NCBI GenBank assembly: GCA_050260815.1
Contig: JBLNCQ010000144.1
Span: 2,024 to 66,023, forward strand
Length of the DNA stretch: 64,000 nt
Direction: 5' to 3'
From: Bacillota bacterium
GTDB taxonomy: Bacteria; Bacillota; Sulfobacillia; JAMDAP01
Shown: piece by piece, positions 55,408-64,000 of the stretch
How positions within the stretch are numbered: position 1 is the first letter of the stretch
How the letters are laid out: every line of letters begins with the position of its first letter
The notes under the pieces: generated by a model
What the model was told of the DNA's origin: nothing
Seen by the model: the letters and a program-made list of their open reading frames with translations, nothing else
The model's database searches: none
Position numbers and translations under genes: made by a program

Positions 55408-57384
55408 TCAGCCGGTGGTCCTGTCTGCAGCCGCGGATTCAGCCAGCGCTTCCTCCCCGCCGTCGTGCGGCATTGGGGTCAGGGGCAGTTCCGCGGTAAC
55501 CTGCGTTCCCTTTCCCGGCAGACTGGTGACGGTCACCCAGCCGCCCAGGTTTTCGGCGCGTTCCCGCATGCTGGTGAGGCCCAGCGTCTGACGGCCGGTG
55601 GGCTCTCCCGCCACGAAGCCGCGGCCGTTGTCGGCAACCTCCAGGCGCACCCGGCCCTCGTGCCCCAGGTCCAGCAGCACGTCCACGCGGGTGGCGGCAG
55701 CGTGCTTGGCCACGTTGGTCAGGGCCTCCTGGGCAATGCGGTAGAGGGCCAGTTCCGCGTCCGCGTTGAAGCGGCGCTCCCCCAGCACCTCAAACTGCAC
55801 GTCCATCTGGGCCTGCCGCCGTCGGAACAGCTCCACGTGGTTGGACAGGGCGTAGACCAGGCCCCGCTCCCGCAGCGTGGCGGGGCGCAACTCAAAGATG
55901 AGCGCCCGCATTTCAGCCAGCGTCTCGCGCGCAATCTCCTGCACCCGGGACATGGCGCGGCCGCTGGGGCTGTTGCCGCCAGTGAGGCGCGAGGCGGCCT
56001 CCGCCGTCAGGACGATGGAGAAGAGAGACTGGCTGATGGAGTCGTGCAGCTCGCGGGCCAGGCGGTTGCGCTCGGCCATGACGGCCATCTCCCGCGTCTG
56101 GTCGTAGAGCCGGGCGTTTTCCAGGGCGATTCCCGCCTGGGTGGCAAAGGCCTCCAGATCTGCCAGGCGCGTGGGACTCGAGAACCCGCCGGGCTCCGGC
56201 GTCCAGGCCAACAGCAGGCCCTGGTCCGCCTCCGCCACCCCCAGCCGTACGGCCAGCAGGTCGCCAATGCCCAGGGTGCCCGCCTCCGCCCGCGCCTGCT
56301 CGGGCAGGTCCTCCAGCCCGGCAGTGCGGCGGCCCTCGGGCATGTAGCGGCGGACAAAGGACCGCAGCCGTCCCGCATCCGTCGGCTCCGCGGCTTCGCT
56401 CCGGCGCCACAGCAGGGGAGCGTCGGCCCGCGCGTCCACCAGCGCGCCGGCGGCCCCTGCCAGGCTCGCGGCCTGGTTGGCCACCACTTGCATGGTGCGC
56501 TGCAGGTCCAGTTCCTGGGCCAGGGCCAGGCTGGCTTCATGCAGCCGTCGTAATCGGTCCATGGCCTGTTCCAGGTCGGAGGTGCGGCGTGCCACGGTTT
56601 CCTCCAGGGTCCGGTTCCAGCGCGTGACGTCCAGATGGCGACGCAGGGCCACGTAGTTGGCCACTGTGGGGATGATGATCAGGACAACGGTCCACGGCCG
56701 CAGGTACCAGACCACGGCCGCCAGGAAACCGATGGGCGCAATGAAGAAGTTCTCCGCCAGGGGGCCGCCCCGGGTGTACTGGCTCCAGATGGCACGGAGG
56801 GGAACGCCTTCCACGATGTACAGGTAGGCCATGTCCAGCAGCACCACGGCCACCACGCGCGCGGAGATGGCCACAATCACGGCCGGCGCGTCCAGGATGA
56901 CGGAAAAGCGAATCCAGCTGGTGCGCAGACTCTCAAAGGTGACGCCCGCCGCCCAGTTGACCAGTACCGCCTGGGCCGTGTTGAACACGACGACGCGCGC
57001 CGGTTTGCGGTTCTTCAGGTTGGCCGCCAGGGTGCCGATGGCCGAGCTGGTCATGGTCACCCAGGGGTAAAAGATGAACAGTGACGCCATGTCCAGGGCG
57101 GAGGAGACGGAGACGGTGCCCAGGACGGGCCCCATGGCCAGCCCTACGGCGGCGGGGATGATGGCCAGGGCCTCGCTGACGAAGACCAGCGCGGAAAAGA
57201 GAAGAACCGCGCCGATGGGCAGCGTTGTGGAACTCTCGGCGTCCAGGCTGGCCCGAGGATCCAGGGTGAGGCCGCGGTCGTACTGGCTGGGGATGTGGGC
57301 GTATCCGTACATCCAGGCCAGAACGGCCAGCAGGACCAACGCGATGAGAAACGGCCTGGCGCGCCGATCCGCCGTTGACGTCAA
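55408..57384 (-). CDS. sensor histidine kinase (polytopic membrane N-terminus, GAF-like region, HisKA_3, HATPase_c)
   Basis: H-box RNRLARELHDSISQSL and NarL-family ATPase motifs; 658 aa. Confidence 0.8.
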   Translation of the reverse strand: MTSTADRRARPFLIALVLLAVLAWMYGYAHIPSQYDRGLTLDPRASLDAESSTTLPIGAVLLFSALVFVSEALAIIPAAVGLAMGPVLGTVSVSSALDMASLFIFYPWVTMTSSAIGTLAANLKNRKPARVVVFNTAQAVLVNWAAGVTFESLRTSWIRFSVILDAPAVIVAISARVVAVVLLDMAYLYIVEGVPLRAIWSQYTRGGPLAENFFIAPIGFLAAVVWYLRPWTVVLIIIPTVANYVALRRHLDVTRWNRTLEETVARRTSDLEQAMDRLRRLHEASLALAQELDLQRTMQVVANQAASLAGAAGALVDARADAPLLWRRSEAAEPTDAGRLRSFVRRYMPEGRRTAGLEDLPEQARAEAGTLGIGDLLAVRLGVAEADQGLLLAWTPEPGGFSSPTRLADLEAFATQAGIALENARLYDQTREMAVMAERNRLARELHDSISQSLFSIVLTAEAASRLTGGNSPSGRAMSRVQEIARETLAEMRALIFELRPATLRERGLVYALSNHVELFRRRQAQMDVQFEVLGERRFNADAELALYRIAQEALTNVAKHAAATRVDVLLDLGHEGRVRLEVADNGRGFVAGEPTGRQTLGLTSMRERAENLGGWVTVTSLPGKGTQVTAELPLTPMPHDGGEEALAESAAADRTTG

Positions 57385-57501
57385 GGTACCACCTCCCCGA
57401 TGTCCTTCATTTCTGTACTGCTCGGTGGGGTTCCTTTCCGGGCGGCAGGGAACCGGTGCACTTCATGTCGAAAACCTGGGTCGGCGAGAGGAGGGCACCC
57501 C

Positions 57502-58155
57502 ATGGCCACGCGAGTGCTCCTGGCTGACGATCACCCAATGGTCCGCGAGGGTCTGCGTCTGTTTCTGGAAACCACCGGCAGCATTGAGGTGGTGGGCGAG
57601 GCCAGGACGGGCGTGGAGGCGGTGGACCTGACGCGGGAACTGCAGCCTGACGTTGTGTTAATGGACCTGGTGATGCCGGAACTGGACGGCGTGCAGGCCA
57701 CCCGGCAGCTTCGCGACCGGGGGTTCACCGGCGCCGTGGTGGTGCTCACCAGCTTCGTGGACGATGCCAAGATCGGCAGCGCGCTGGCGGCAGGGGCCTC
57801 CGGATTCCTGCTGAAGGACCTGCAGCCCCACGAACTGGCCCAGGCCATTGAGATGGCAGCCCGCGGCGAGCCCGTCCTGCACCCGGAGGTGACGCGCCGC
57901 ATCATGCAGCGCATGGCCGACCAATCCCCCGCTTCGCGCGGCGAGTCGGCCCGCCACGACCGCCTGACGCCCCGCGAGCAGGAGGTTCTTCGGCTGCTGG
58001 TTCAGGGACTCAGCAACAAGGAGATTGCCGCCGCCGCCGGCATCAGCGAGAAGACCGTCAAGACCCACGTCTCCAGCATTCTGGCCAAGCTGGGCCTGCA
58101 GGACAGGACCCAGGCGGCTCTGTACGCCGTTAAGGAGAAGCTGGTGGAGGACTAG
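57502..58155 (+). CDS. NarL/LuxR-family response regulator
   Basis: Receiver domain (DDHPMVREG..D..K) plus LuxR HTH (LTPREQEVLRL..GLSNKEIA); AGAGGAGG RBS. Confidence 0.85.
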   Translation: MATRVLLADDHPMVREGLRLFLETTGSIEVVGEARTGVEAVDLTRELQPDVVLMDLVMPELDGVQATRQLRDRGFTGAVVVLTSFVDDAKIGSALAAGASGFLLKDLQPHELAQAIEMAARGEPVLHPEVTRRIMQRMADQSPASRGESARHDRLTPREQEVLRLLVQGLSNKEIAAAAGISEKTVKTHVSSILAKLGLQDRTQAALYAVKEKLVED

Positions 58156-58253
58156 CGGTCATTCCTACGGCCTCCCCGGGGTCACGATTCCCGCCTTCGT
58201 CCCGTATAGTGGAGCAGCCAGCATGCCCCCGAGAGGGACGAGGAGGTAGGGAC

Positions 58254-58805
58254 ATGGTTCCCGCGATTGCGCCGCGTTTTTTCGTCGGCCGGTCTCCGGC
58301 GCCGTATGCCGGTGCCGTCGGCTGGGGGCCCTACGGCCCGCCGTCCCCGGGTTGGCGTCCGGCGCCGGTATCCTGGGGCCCCGCCCCGAAGCCCTACCCG
58401 TACGGACCGTATGCCTATTCCTATGGGCCCGCCTACCCTTGGGTCGGCCCGGCATACATGCCGTACGGCGCAGCCTGGGGCTTCAGCCCGTATTCCCCGT
58501 GGGCGCCGGGTCTGTACGGCACGTCGACCTACAGCACGCCCGCCCCCCCGTACGCGTACGCCCCGGCCTACAGCGGGCAGGGTTATCCCTACGGCGGCTG
58601 GCTGTCCGGCTCATTGGCGGGGGGTGTGCCGCTGGTCCCGCCGGTCATGCCCGTCTGGCACGGACAGGGCTACAGGCAGGCGCCCAGGCCGTGGCCTCAG
58701 GCCCTGCCGCCGCCGGCCCTCCGGGTGGCGGAGCCCGTTTTGGGCGTGACCGAGATGCCCAGGGTGCCGATCAACGCCGAGCCGGCGACGGAAGAACTGG
58801 CATAG
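58254..58805 (+). CDS. Tyr/Pro/Gly/Ala-rich low-complexity protein (spore-coat-like composition)
   Basis: 184-aa ORF with repeated PYG/YAY/PAY units; GAGGAGG-N7-ATG. Confidence 0.5.
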   Translation: MVPAIAPRFFVGRSPAPYAGAVGWGPYGPPSPGWRPAPVSWGPAPKPYPYGPYAYSYGPAYPWVGPAYMPYGAAWGFSPYSPWAPGLYGTSTYSTPAPPYAYAPAYSGQGYPYGGWLSGSLAGGVPLVPPVMPVWHGQGYRQAPRPWPQALPPPALRVAEPVLGVTEMPRVPINAEPATEELA

Positions 58806-59022
58806 GTAGGGCGCTGAAGCAACCGTCCAGGCCGCGGGTTCACCCCGCGGCCTGCGGCATGTCAAGGTCGGGGAGGGGTCTGCCCCGGCCCTTGCGGGTG
58901 AGCAGGAGTTTCCCCCGGTGGGTCGAAGTGCAGTGTAGAACAGCAGTGCCGCGGGCAGGCTACGCTTGATATTTCGGCCGCTTGGCACAGGTCGGCTGTG
59001 AGGCAGAAGGAGGCTGGACGCC

Positions 59023-59228
59023 ATCTGGACCGTCATTTACATCGCACCCAACCAGCGGGTGGCGGATTCCCTGAAAGAGGTGCTGTCGAGGGAAGGCCTC
59101 CTGGTTCAGCTCCGCACCGGAGCGGTGCAGTCCGGCGAGGAGGCCGGGCACGTGGAAGTGCTCGTCCCCGAATCGGAGGCTGAGGAAGCTCACGAGGTCC
59201 TGGCCACGGTCATCGGCCGTCGCCGTTA
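59023..59228 (+). CDS. small DUF2007-like protein; start codon unresolved
   Basis: ..WTVIYIAPNQRVADSLKEVLSREGLLVQLRT..HVEVLVPESEAEEAHEVL resembles DUF2007; GAAGGAGG lies upstream but no canonical start follows it. Confidence 0.3.
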
Positions 59229-59264
59229 GCCCTAACCGGCAATGCCGCCAGAATTCCGCGCTAA

Positions 59265-60245
<981 letters not shown>

Positions 60246-60259
60246 TCGGAGGACAACCT

Positions 60260-62020
60260 ATGCGCCGTACCAAGATCATTGCCACCATCGGCCCGGCCAG
60301 TGAAGACCCCAACGTGCTGGTGCAGATGATTCACGCCGGAATGAGCGTGGCCCGGCTGAACATGTCCCATGGCTCTCACGAGGAGCACCAGCGACGCATT
60401 GAGGCCGTGCGCGAGGCCGCCCGGGCGACGGGCAGGCAAATAGGCATCATGCTGGACCTCAAGGGCCCTGAGATCCGCATCGGCACCTTCCCGAACGGCC
60501 AGGTGATCCTGCGCGAGGGGCAGATCTTTACGTTCACGGTGCGCCCCGGCGTGGGCAGCAGCACCGCCGTCTCCGTGGGCCACGAGGGGCTGGTGCGCGA
60601 CGTCAATCCGGGTGCCACCCTGCTGCTGGACGACGGCAACCTGGTGCTGGAGGTCGTGGAGGTAGGCGCCGAAGACGTGCGCGCCCGGGTCGTTGTGGGC
60701 GGCGTCCTGTCCGACCGCAAAAAGATCAACCTCCCCGGCGCCAGCGTCTCGCTGCCGGCGGTGTCCGAACAGGACGTGGCCGACATCCGCTTTGCCGTGG
60801 ACCAGGGGGTGGATTTCATCGCCGCCTCCTTCGTTCGGGACGCAGCCGGGATCCTCTCCATCCGCGAGATTGTGGAGTCCGCGGGCAGTCGTGTGGACAT
60901 CATCGCCAAGATTGAAAGCCAGCAGGGCGTGCAGAACATGGACGAGATCCTGGGCGTGGCCGACGGCCTGATGGTGGCCCGCGGCGACCTGGGCGTGGAG
61001 GTTCCCACGGAAGACGTGCCCCTGCTGCAGAAGCGGCTCATCGAACGCTGCAACGCGGCGGGCAAACCGGTGATCACCGCCACCCAGATGCTGGAGTCCA
61101 TGGTCAGCCATCCCCGGCCCACCCGGGCCGAGGCCTCGGACGTGGCCAACGCCATCCTGGACGGCACCGACGCCATCATGCTCTCCGCCGAAACGGCCAC
61201 GGGCAAGTATCCGGTGGAGACAGTGCGCGTTATGGCGCGCATTGCGGAGAAGGCGGAAACGGCCCTGGACTACGCCGCCGTGCTGGACCGCCGCGCGGCG
61301 ACGGCTCATCCCACGGTCACCGACGCCATCAGCCACGCCACGGTGACCACGGCGCTGGACCTGGGCGCGGCGGCCATCCTGACCTCCACCCAATCCGGCC
61401 ACACGGCGCGCATGGTCAGCAAGTACCGGCCCCAGGCCCCCATTATTGCCGTGGTGCCGGCGGAGCGGGTGGCCCGGCGCCTCAGCCTGGTGTGGGGCGT
61501 CACCCCTGTGCTGGGCCAGCGCGCGGTGGATACGGACGAGATGATTGACCAGGCCACCCAGGCCGCCCTGGCCACCGACCTGGTCAGGTCCGGCGACCTG
61601 GTGGTCATCACCGCCGGCGTGCCGGTGGGCATGCAGGGCACCACCAACCTGCTGAAGGTGCAGACGGTGGGCGAGGTCCTTATCAAGGGCGTGGGCATTG
61701 CCGCGGCCGGCGTGACCGCCGCCGTGGGGCGCGCCTGCGTCGCCCTGACGCCGGACGAGGCCCGGCGGACCTTCCAGCCCGGCGACATTCTGGTGACCAC
61801 CGCCACCGACCGCGACTGGGTGCCCTTTATGGAGCAAGCCCGGGCCGTGGTGACGGAGGAGGGCGGCCTGACGTCGCATGCGGCGGTGGTGGGCATTTCT
61901 CTGGGGATCCCCGTGGTGGTGGGCGCCGCCGGCGCCACGCGCCAGGTGGCGGGGGGCGGCGTCATCACGATTGACGGCGCCCGCGGCCTGGTCTACCGGG
62001 GCGAGGCGCGGGTCCTATGA
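60260..62020 (+). CDS. pyk: pyruvate kinase with C-terminal PEP-utilising-enzyme mobile domain
   Basis: Canonical MRRTKIIATIGPAS N-terminus and PK barrel; 586 aa. Confidence 0.9.
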   Translation: MRRTKIIATIGPASEDPNVLVQMIHAGMSVARLNMSHGSHEEHQRRIEAVREAARATGRQIGIMLDLKGPEIRIGTFPNGQVILREGQIFTFTVRPGVGSSTAVSVGHEGLVRDVNPGATLLLDDGNLVLEVVEVGAEDVRARVVVGGVLSDRKKINLPGASVSLPAVSEQDVADIRFAVDQGVDFIAASFVRDAAGILSIREIVESAGSRVDIIAKIESQQGVQNMDEILGVADGLMVARGDLGVEVPTEDVPLLQKRLIERCNAAGKPVITATQMLESMVSHPRPTRAEASDVANAILDGTDAIMLSAETATGKYPVETVRVMARIAEKAETALDYAAVLDRRAATAHPTVTDAISHATVTTALDLGAAAILTSTQSGHTARMVSKYRPQAPIIAVVPAERVARRLSLVWGVTPVLGQRAVDTDEMIDQATQAALATDLVRSGDLVVITAGVPVGMQGTTNLLKVQTVGEVLIKGVGIAAAGVTAAVGRACVALTPDEARRTFQPGDILVTTATDRDWVPFMEQARAVVTEEGGLTSHAAVVGISLGIPVVVGAAGATRQVAGGGVITIDGARGLVYRGEARVL

Positions 62021-62526
62021 GCGGCGCGGGCAAGGAAGGCGGCAAGGACGGCAATCGCCGGTCCGGCAGACGGCAACAGCAGGCCCCAGGCGGGCCTGCT
62101 GCCGTTTCCAGGCTCAGGGCGCGCTACGCCGAAACGGATGCCATGGGCATCGTCCACCACGCGTCCTATCTTGTCTGGTTTGAGGTGGGCCGCACCGACC
62201 TGCTCCGGGAGCTGGGCACCCCGTACACCGCCTTTGAGGCGGCCGGCCTGCGCTCCCCCGTTGTGGAGATGGAGGTCCAGTACCGCAAGCCGGCCCGCTA
62301 TGACGATTCCATCCGCGTGGAGACCCGGCTGGCGGAGATGGGCCCGGCGCGCGTGCGGTTCGCCTACGCCGTCTACCGCGAGGAGGACGGGGAGCGGCTC
62401 ACCCTGCTGGTGACGGGAGCCAGCACGCACTGCTTTCTGGACGCCGCCGGCAGGCCCGTGGCCCTTCGCTCGCTGCCGGACGTCCTGCGGCGCCCGCTGG
62501 AGGCGGCGGTACAGGGTTCCCACTAA
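62017..62526 (+). CDS. acyl-CoA thioesterase, hotdog fold (YbgC/4HBT family)
   Basis: 4HBT core (YAETDAMGIVHHASYL..) after a ~30-aa basic N-terminal extension; ATGA overlap with pyk. Confidence 0.7.
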   Translation: MSGAGKEGGKDGNRRSGRRQQQAPGGPAAVSRLRARYAETDAMGIVHHASYLVWFEVGRTDLLRELGTPYTAFEAAGLRSPVVEMEVQYRKPARYDDSIRVETRLAEMGPARVRFAYAVYREEDGERLTLLVTGASTHCFLDAAGRPVALRSLPDVLRRPLEAAVQGSH

Positions 62527-62623
62527 GTCGTTGAGTTGAAAAACCCAATGGTATAGAATGTGGTTGAGCCGTACCGAGAGACCACATTTTCCGCGGCCCC
62601 CGGTGGCCGGAAGGGAGTCCTAT

Positions 62624-63730
62624 ATGATCGATCGCGACCAGGTCATGCAGGTCATCAACAGCCTCGAGGACCCGGAGATCAAGCGCCCGCTCATGGAGAT
62701 GGGCATGATTCGGAACCTGGAGATTACCGACGACACTGTCAGCATGACGGTTGTTCTGACCATTTCCGGATGTCCGCTGAAGGCCATGATCCAGGAAGAG
62801 ACCGTGGCCAAGCTCAAGGCCGTTCCCGGCGTCAAGCAGGTCAACATTGAATGGGGCTCCATGACCGACGCGGAGCGGCAGGCTCTCACCGAAAAGCTGC
62901 GCGGGCCGCAGAAGAAGTCCCCCTTCCTTACGGGCGAGAGCTCCGCCCGCATCATCGGCGTGGCCTCGGGCAAGGGAGGCGTGGGCAAGTCCACGGTGAC
63001 GGTGAACCTGGCCGTGGCCCTGGGCAAGCTGGGCTATAAGGTGGGCGTCATTGACGCCGACATCTACGGCTTTTCCGTTGCCCGCATGCTGGGCATGCTG
63101 AGCCGACCGGTGGTGCTGGACAACAACACCATCATGCCCATGGCGCGCCACGGCATCCGGGCCATCTCCATGGGCAATCTGGTGGACGAAGACCAGCCCA
63201 TCGTCTGGCGCGGGCCGATGCTGGGCAAGATGCTGGAACAGTTCCTGGCGGACGTCTACTGGGGTGACCTGGACTACCTGCTCCTGGACCTGCCGCCGGG
63301 AACCGGCGACATGGCGCTCTCCGTACAGCAGATGATGCCGCACTCCGAGATTCTGCTGGTGACCACGCCCCAGGCGGCCGCCGCCAACGTGGCCCAGCGC
63401 GTGGCCGGCTTCGCGCAGAAGACCAACCAGAAGGTCATTGGCGTCATCGAGAACATGGCCTACTTCGTCTGCCCCCACTGCGGCGAGCAGACGGCCATCT
63501 TCGGCGAGGGTGGCGGCGAGCGCATCGCCGGGGACATCGGCGCACCGTTCCTGGGACGCCTGCCCCTGACCACCGCTGTGCGCGAGGGCGGCGACGAGGG
63601 CACGCCCATCGTTGCGGCCGATCCCGAGTCGGCCGCCGCCAAGGCCTTCATGGACCTGGCGCGCAAGGTGGCGGACAGCGCCTCCGGCGACACCGGTCTC
63701 CGGTACCTGTCTATGGACTCCAAGGCGTAA
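62624..63730 (+). CDS. Mrp/ApbC/NBP35-family Fe-S cluster carrier ATPase with N-terminal MIP18/DUF59 domain
   Basis: Walker A GKGGVGKST, CPHC Fe-S ligand motif, N-terminal DUF59; GGAAGGGAG RBS. Confidence 0.85.
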   Translation: MIDRDQVMQVINSLEDPEIKRPLMEMGMIRNLEITDDTVSMTVVLTISGCPLKAMIQEETVAKLKAVPGVKQVNIEWGSMTDAERQALTEKLRGPQKKSPFLTGESSARIIGVASGKGGVGKSTVTVNLAVALGKLGYKVGVIDADIYGFSVARMLGMLSRPVVLDNNTIMPMARHGIRAISMGNLVDEDQPIVWRGPMLGKMLEQFLADVYWGDLDYLLLDLPPGTGDMALSVQQMMPHSEILLVTTPQAAAANVAQRVAGFAQKTNQKVIGVIENMAYFVCPHCGEQTAIFGEGGGERIAGDIGAPFLGRLPLTTAVREGGDEGTPIVAADPESAAAKAFMDLARKVADSASGDTGLRYLSMDSKA

Positions 63731-63747
63731 ATCCCAAGGTAGCTGAA

Positions 63748-63774
63748 GGCCCGGCCGCCACGGCCGGGCCGTTT
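63748..63774 (+). terminator. hairpin terminator after the mrp-like gene
   Basis: GGCCCGGCC stem with a 5-nt loop pairing to GGCCGGGCC, followed by GTTT. Confidence 0.45.
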
Positions 63775-64000
63775 AAGCAGCCAAATACAGACGCCCCGTC
63801 TCGCTTTGCGCGGTTCTATACGGCGACTGCGTCCGTTTCCCAAATGTGACCGAGCACCACGTCGCCCTGGGGGAATACCCGACGGCCAAAGGCGCCGCCC
63901 TGCAGTTGAATGTTCCCCTGGAGCGTGGCGACGCCGCGGTCGCCGGTGCCCATGGCGTAGAGTGAACGTCGATCTCGGAGCTGCCCGCCACGCTGATGTC

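Noticed and set aside
58982-59000. TTGGCAC-N5-GGCTG resembling a sigma-54 -24/-12 element upstream of the DUF2007-like ORF
   Set aside because: The -12 GC dinucleotide is mis-spaced by one base and there is no enhancer-binding-protein gene nearby; treated as chance.
63773-64000. Short minus-strand ORFs at the right window edge
   Set aside because: No recognisable domains or start context; possibly the 3' end of a gene extending beyond the window, but this cannot be supported from this sequence alone.

Overview
This 64 kb window is high-GC (~68-70%) chromosomal DNA of the Symbiobacterium/Thermaerobacter (high-GC Firmicute) type. It is gene-dense on both strands. It contains no rRNA, tRNA, CRISPR array, transposase or integrase. 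Main content: two methyl-accepting chemotaxis receptors flanking a nitroreductase; a complete chitobiose/cellobiose PTS operon (HPr-EIIB-EIIC-EIIA-ChbG-GH4 6-phospho-beta-glucosidase) downstream of a LevR-type sigma-54 activator, with a -24/-12 promoter and AAGACA-repeat upstream activating sites; an ECF sigma operon linked to a YciI-like gene; an ECF sigma / zf-HC2 anti-sigma / ABC-2 exporter operon; a VapBC toxin-antitoxin pair with an operator palindrome; an ApbE / ferric-reductase-like heme membrane protein / OmpR-type two-component module; a stand-alone FRG-domain gene; a seven-gene HdrCBA-MvhD/FlxDCBA-type cluster preceded by a Rex/FNR-type palindrome; an OppA-like binding protein; a second ABC-2 exporter; EfeU plus a cupredoxin lipoprotein behind a Fur-like box; a GltD/SudA-like oxidoreductase; a NarL-type two-component pair; a Tyr/Pro/Gly-rich low-complexity protein; pfkA-pyk; an acyl-CoA thioesterase; and an Mrp/ApbC Fe-S carrier. 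Unusual features include a ~570 bp low-GC insertion exactly at the 3' end of a PAS-HisKA kinase that lacks its ATPase domain, about nine genes with frameshifts (true pseudogenes or homopolymer assembly indels), decayed histidine-kinase/NUDIX/GNAT/SLH remnants, a 32 bp perfect palindrome, and a C11 homopolymer in the oppA leader.
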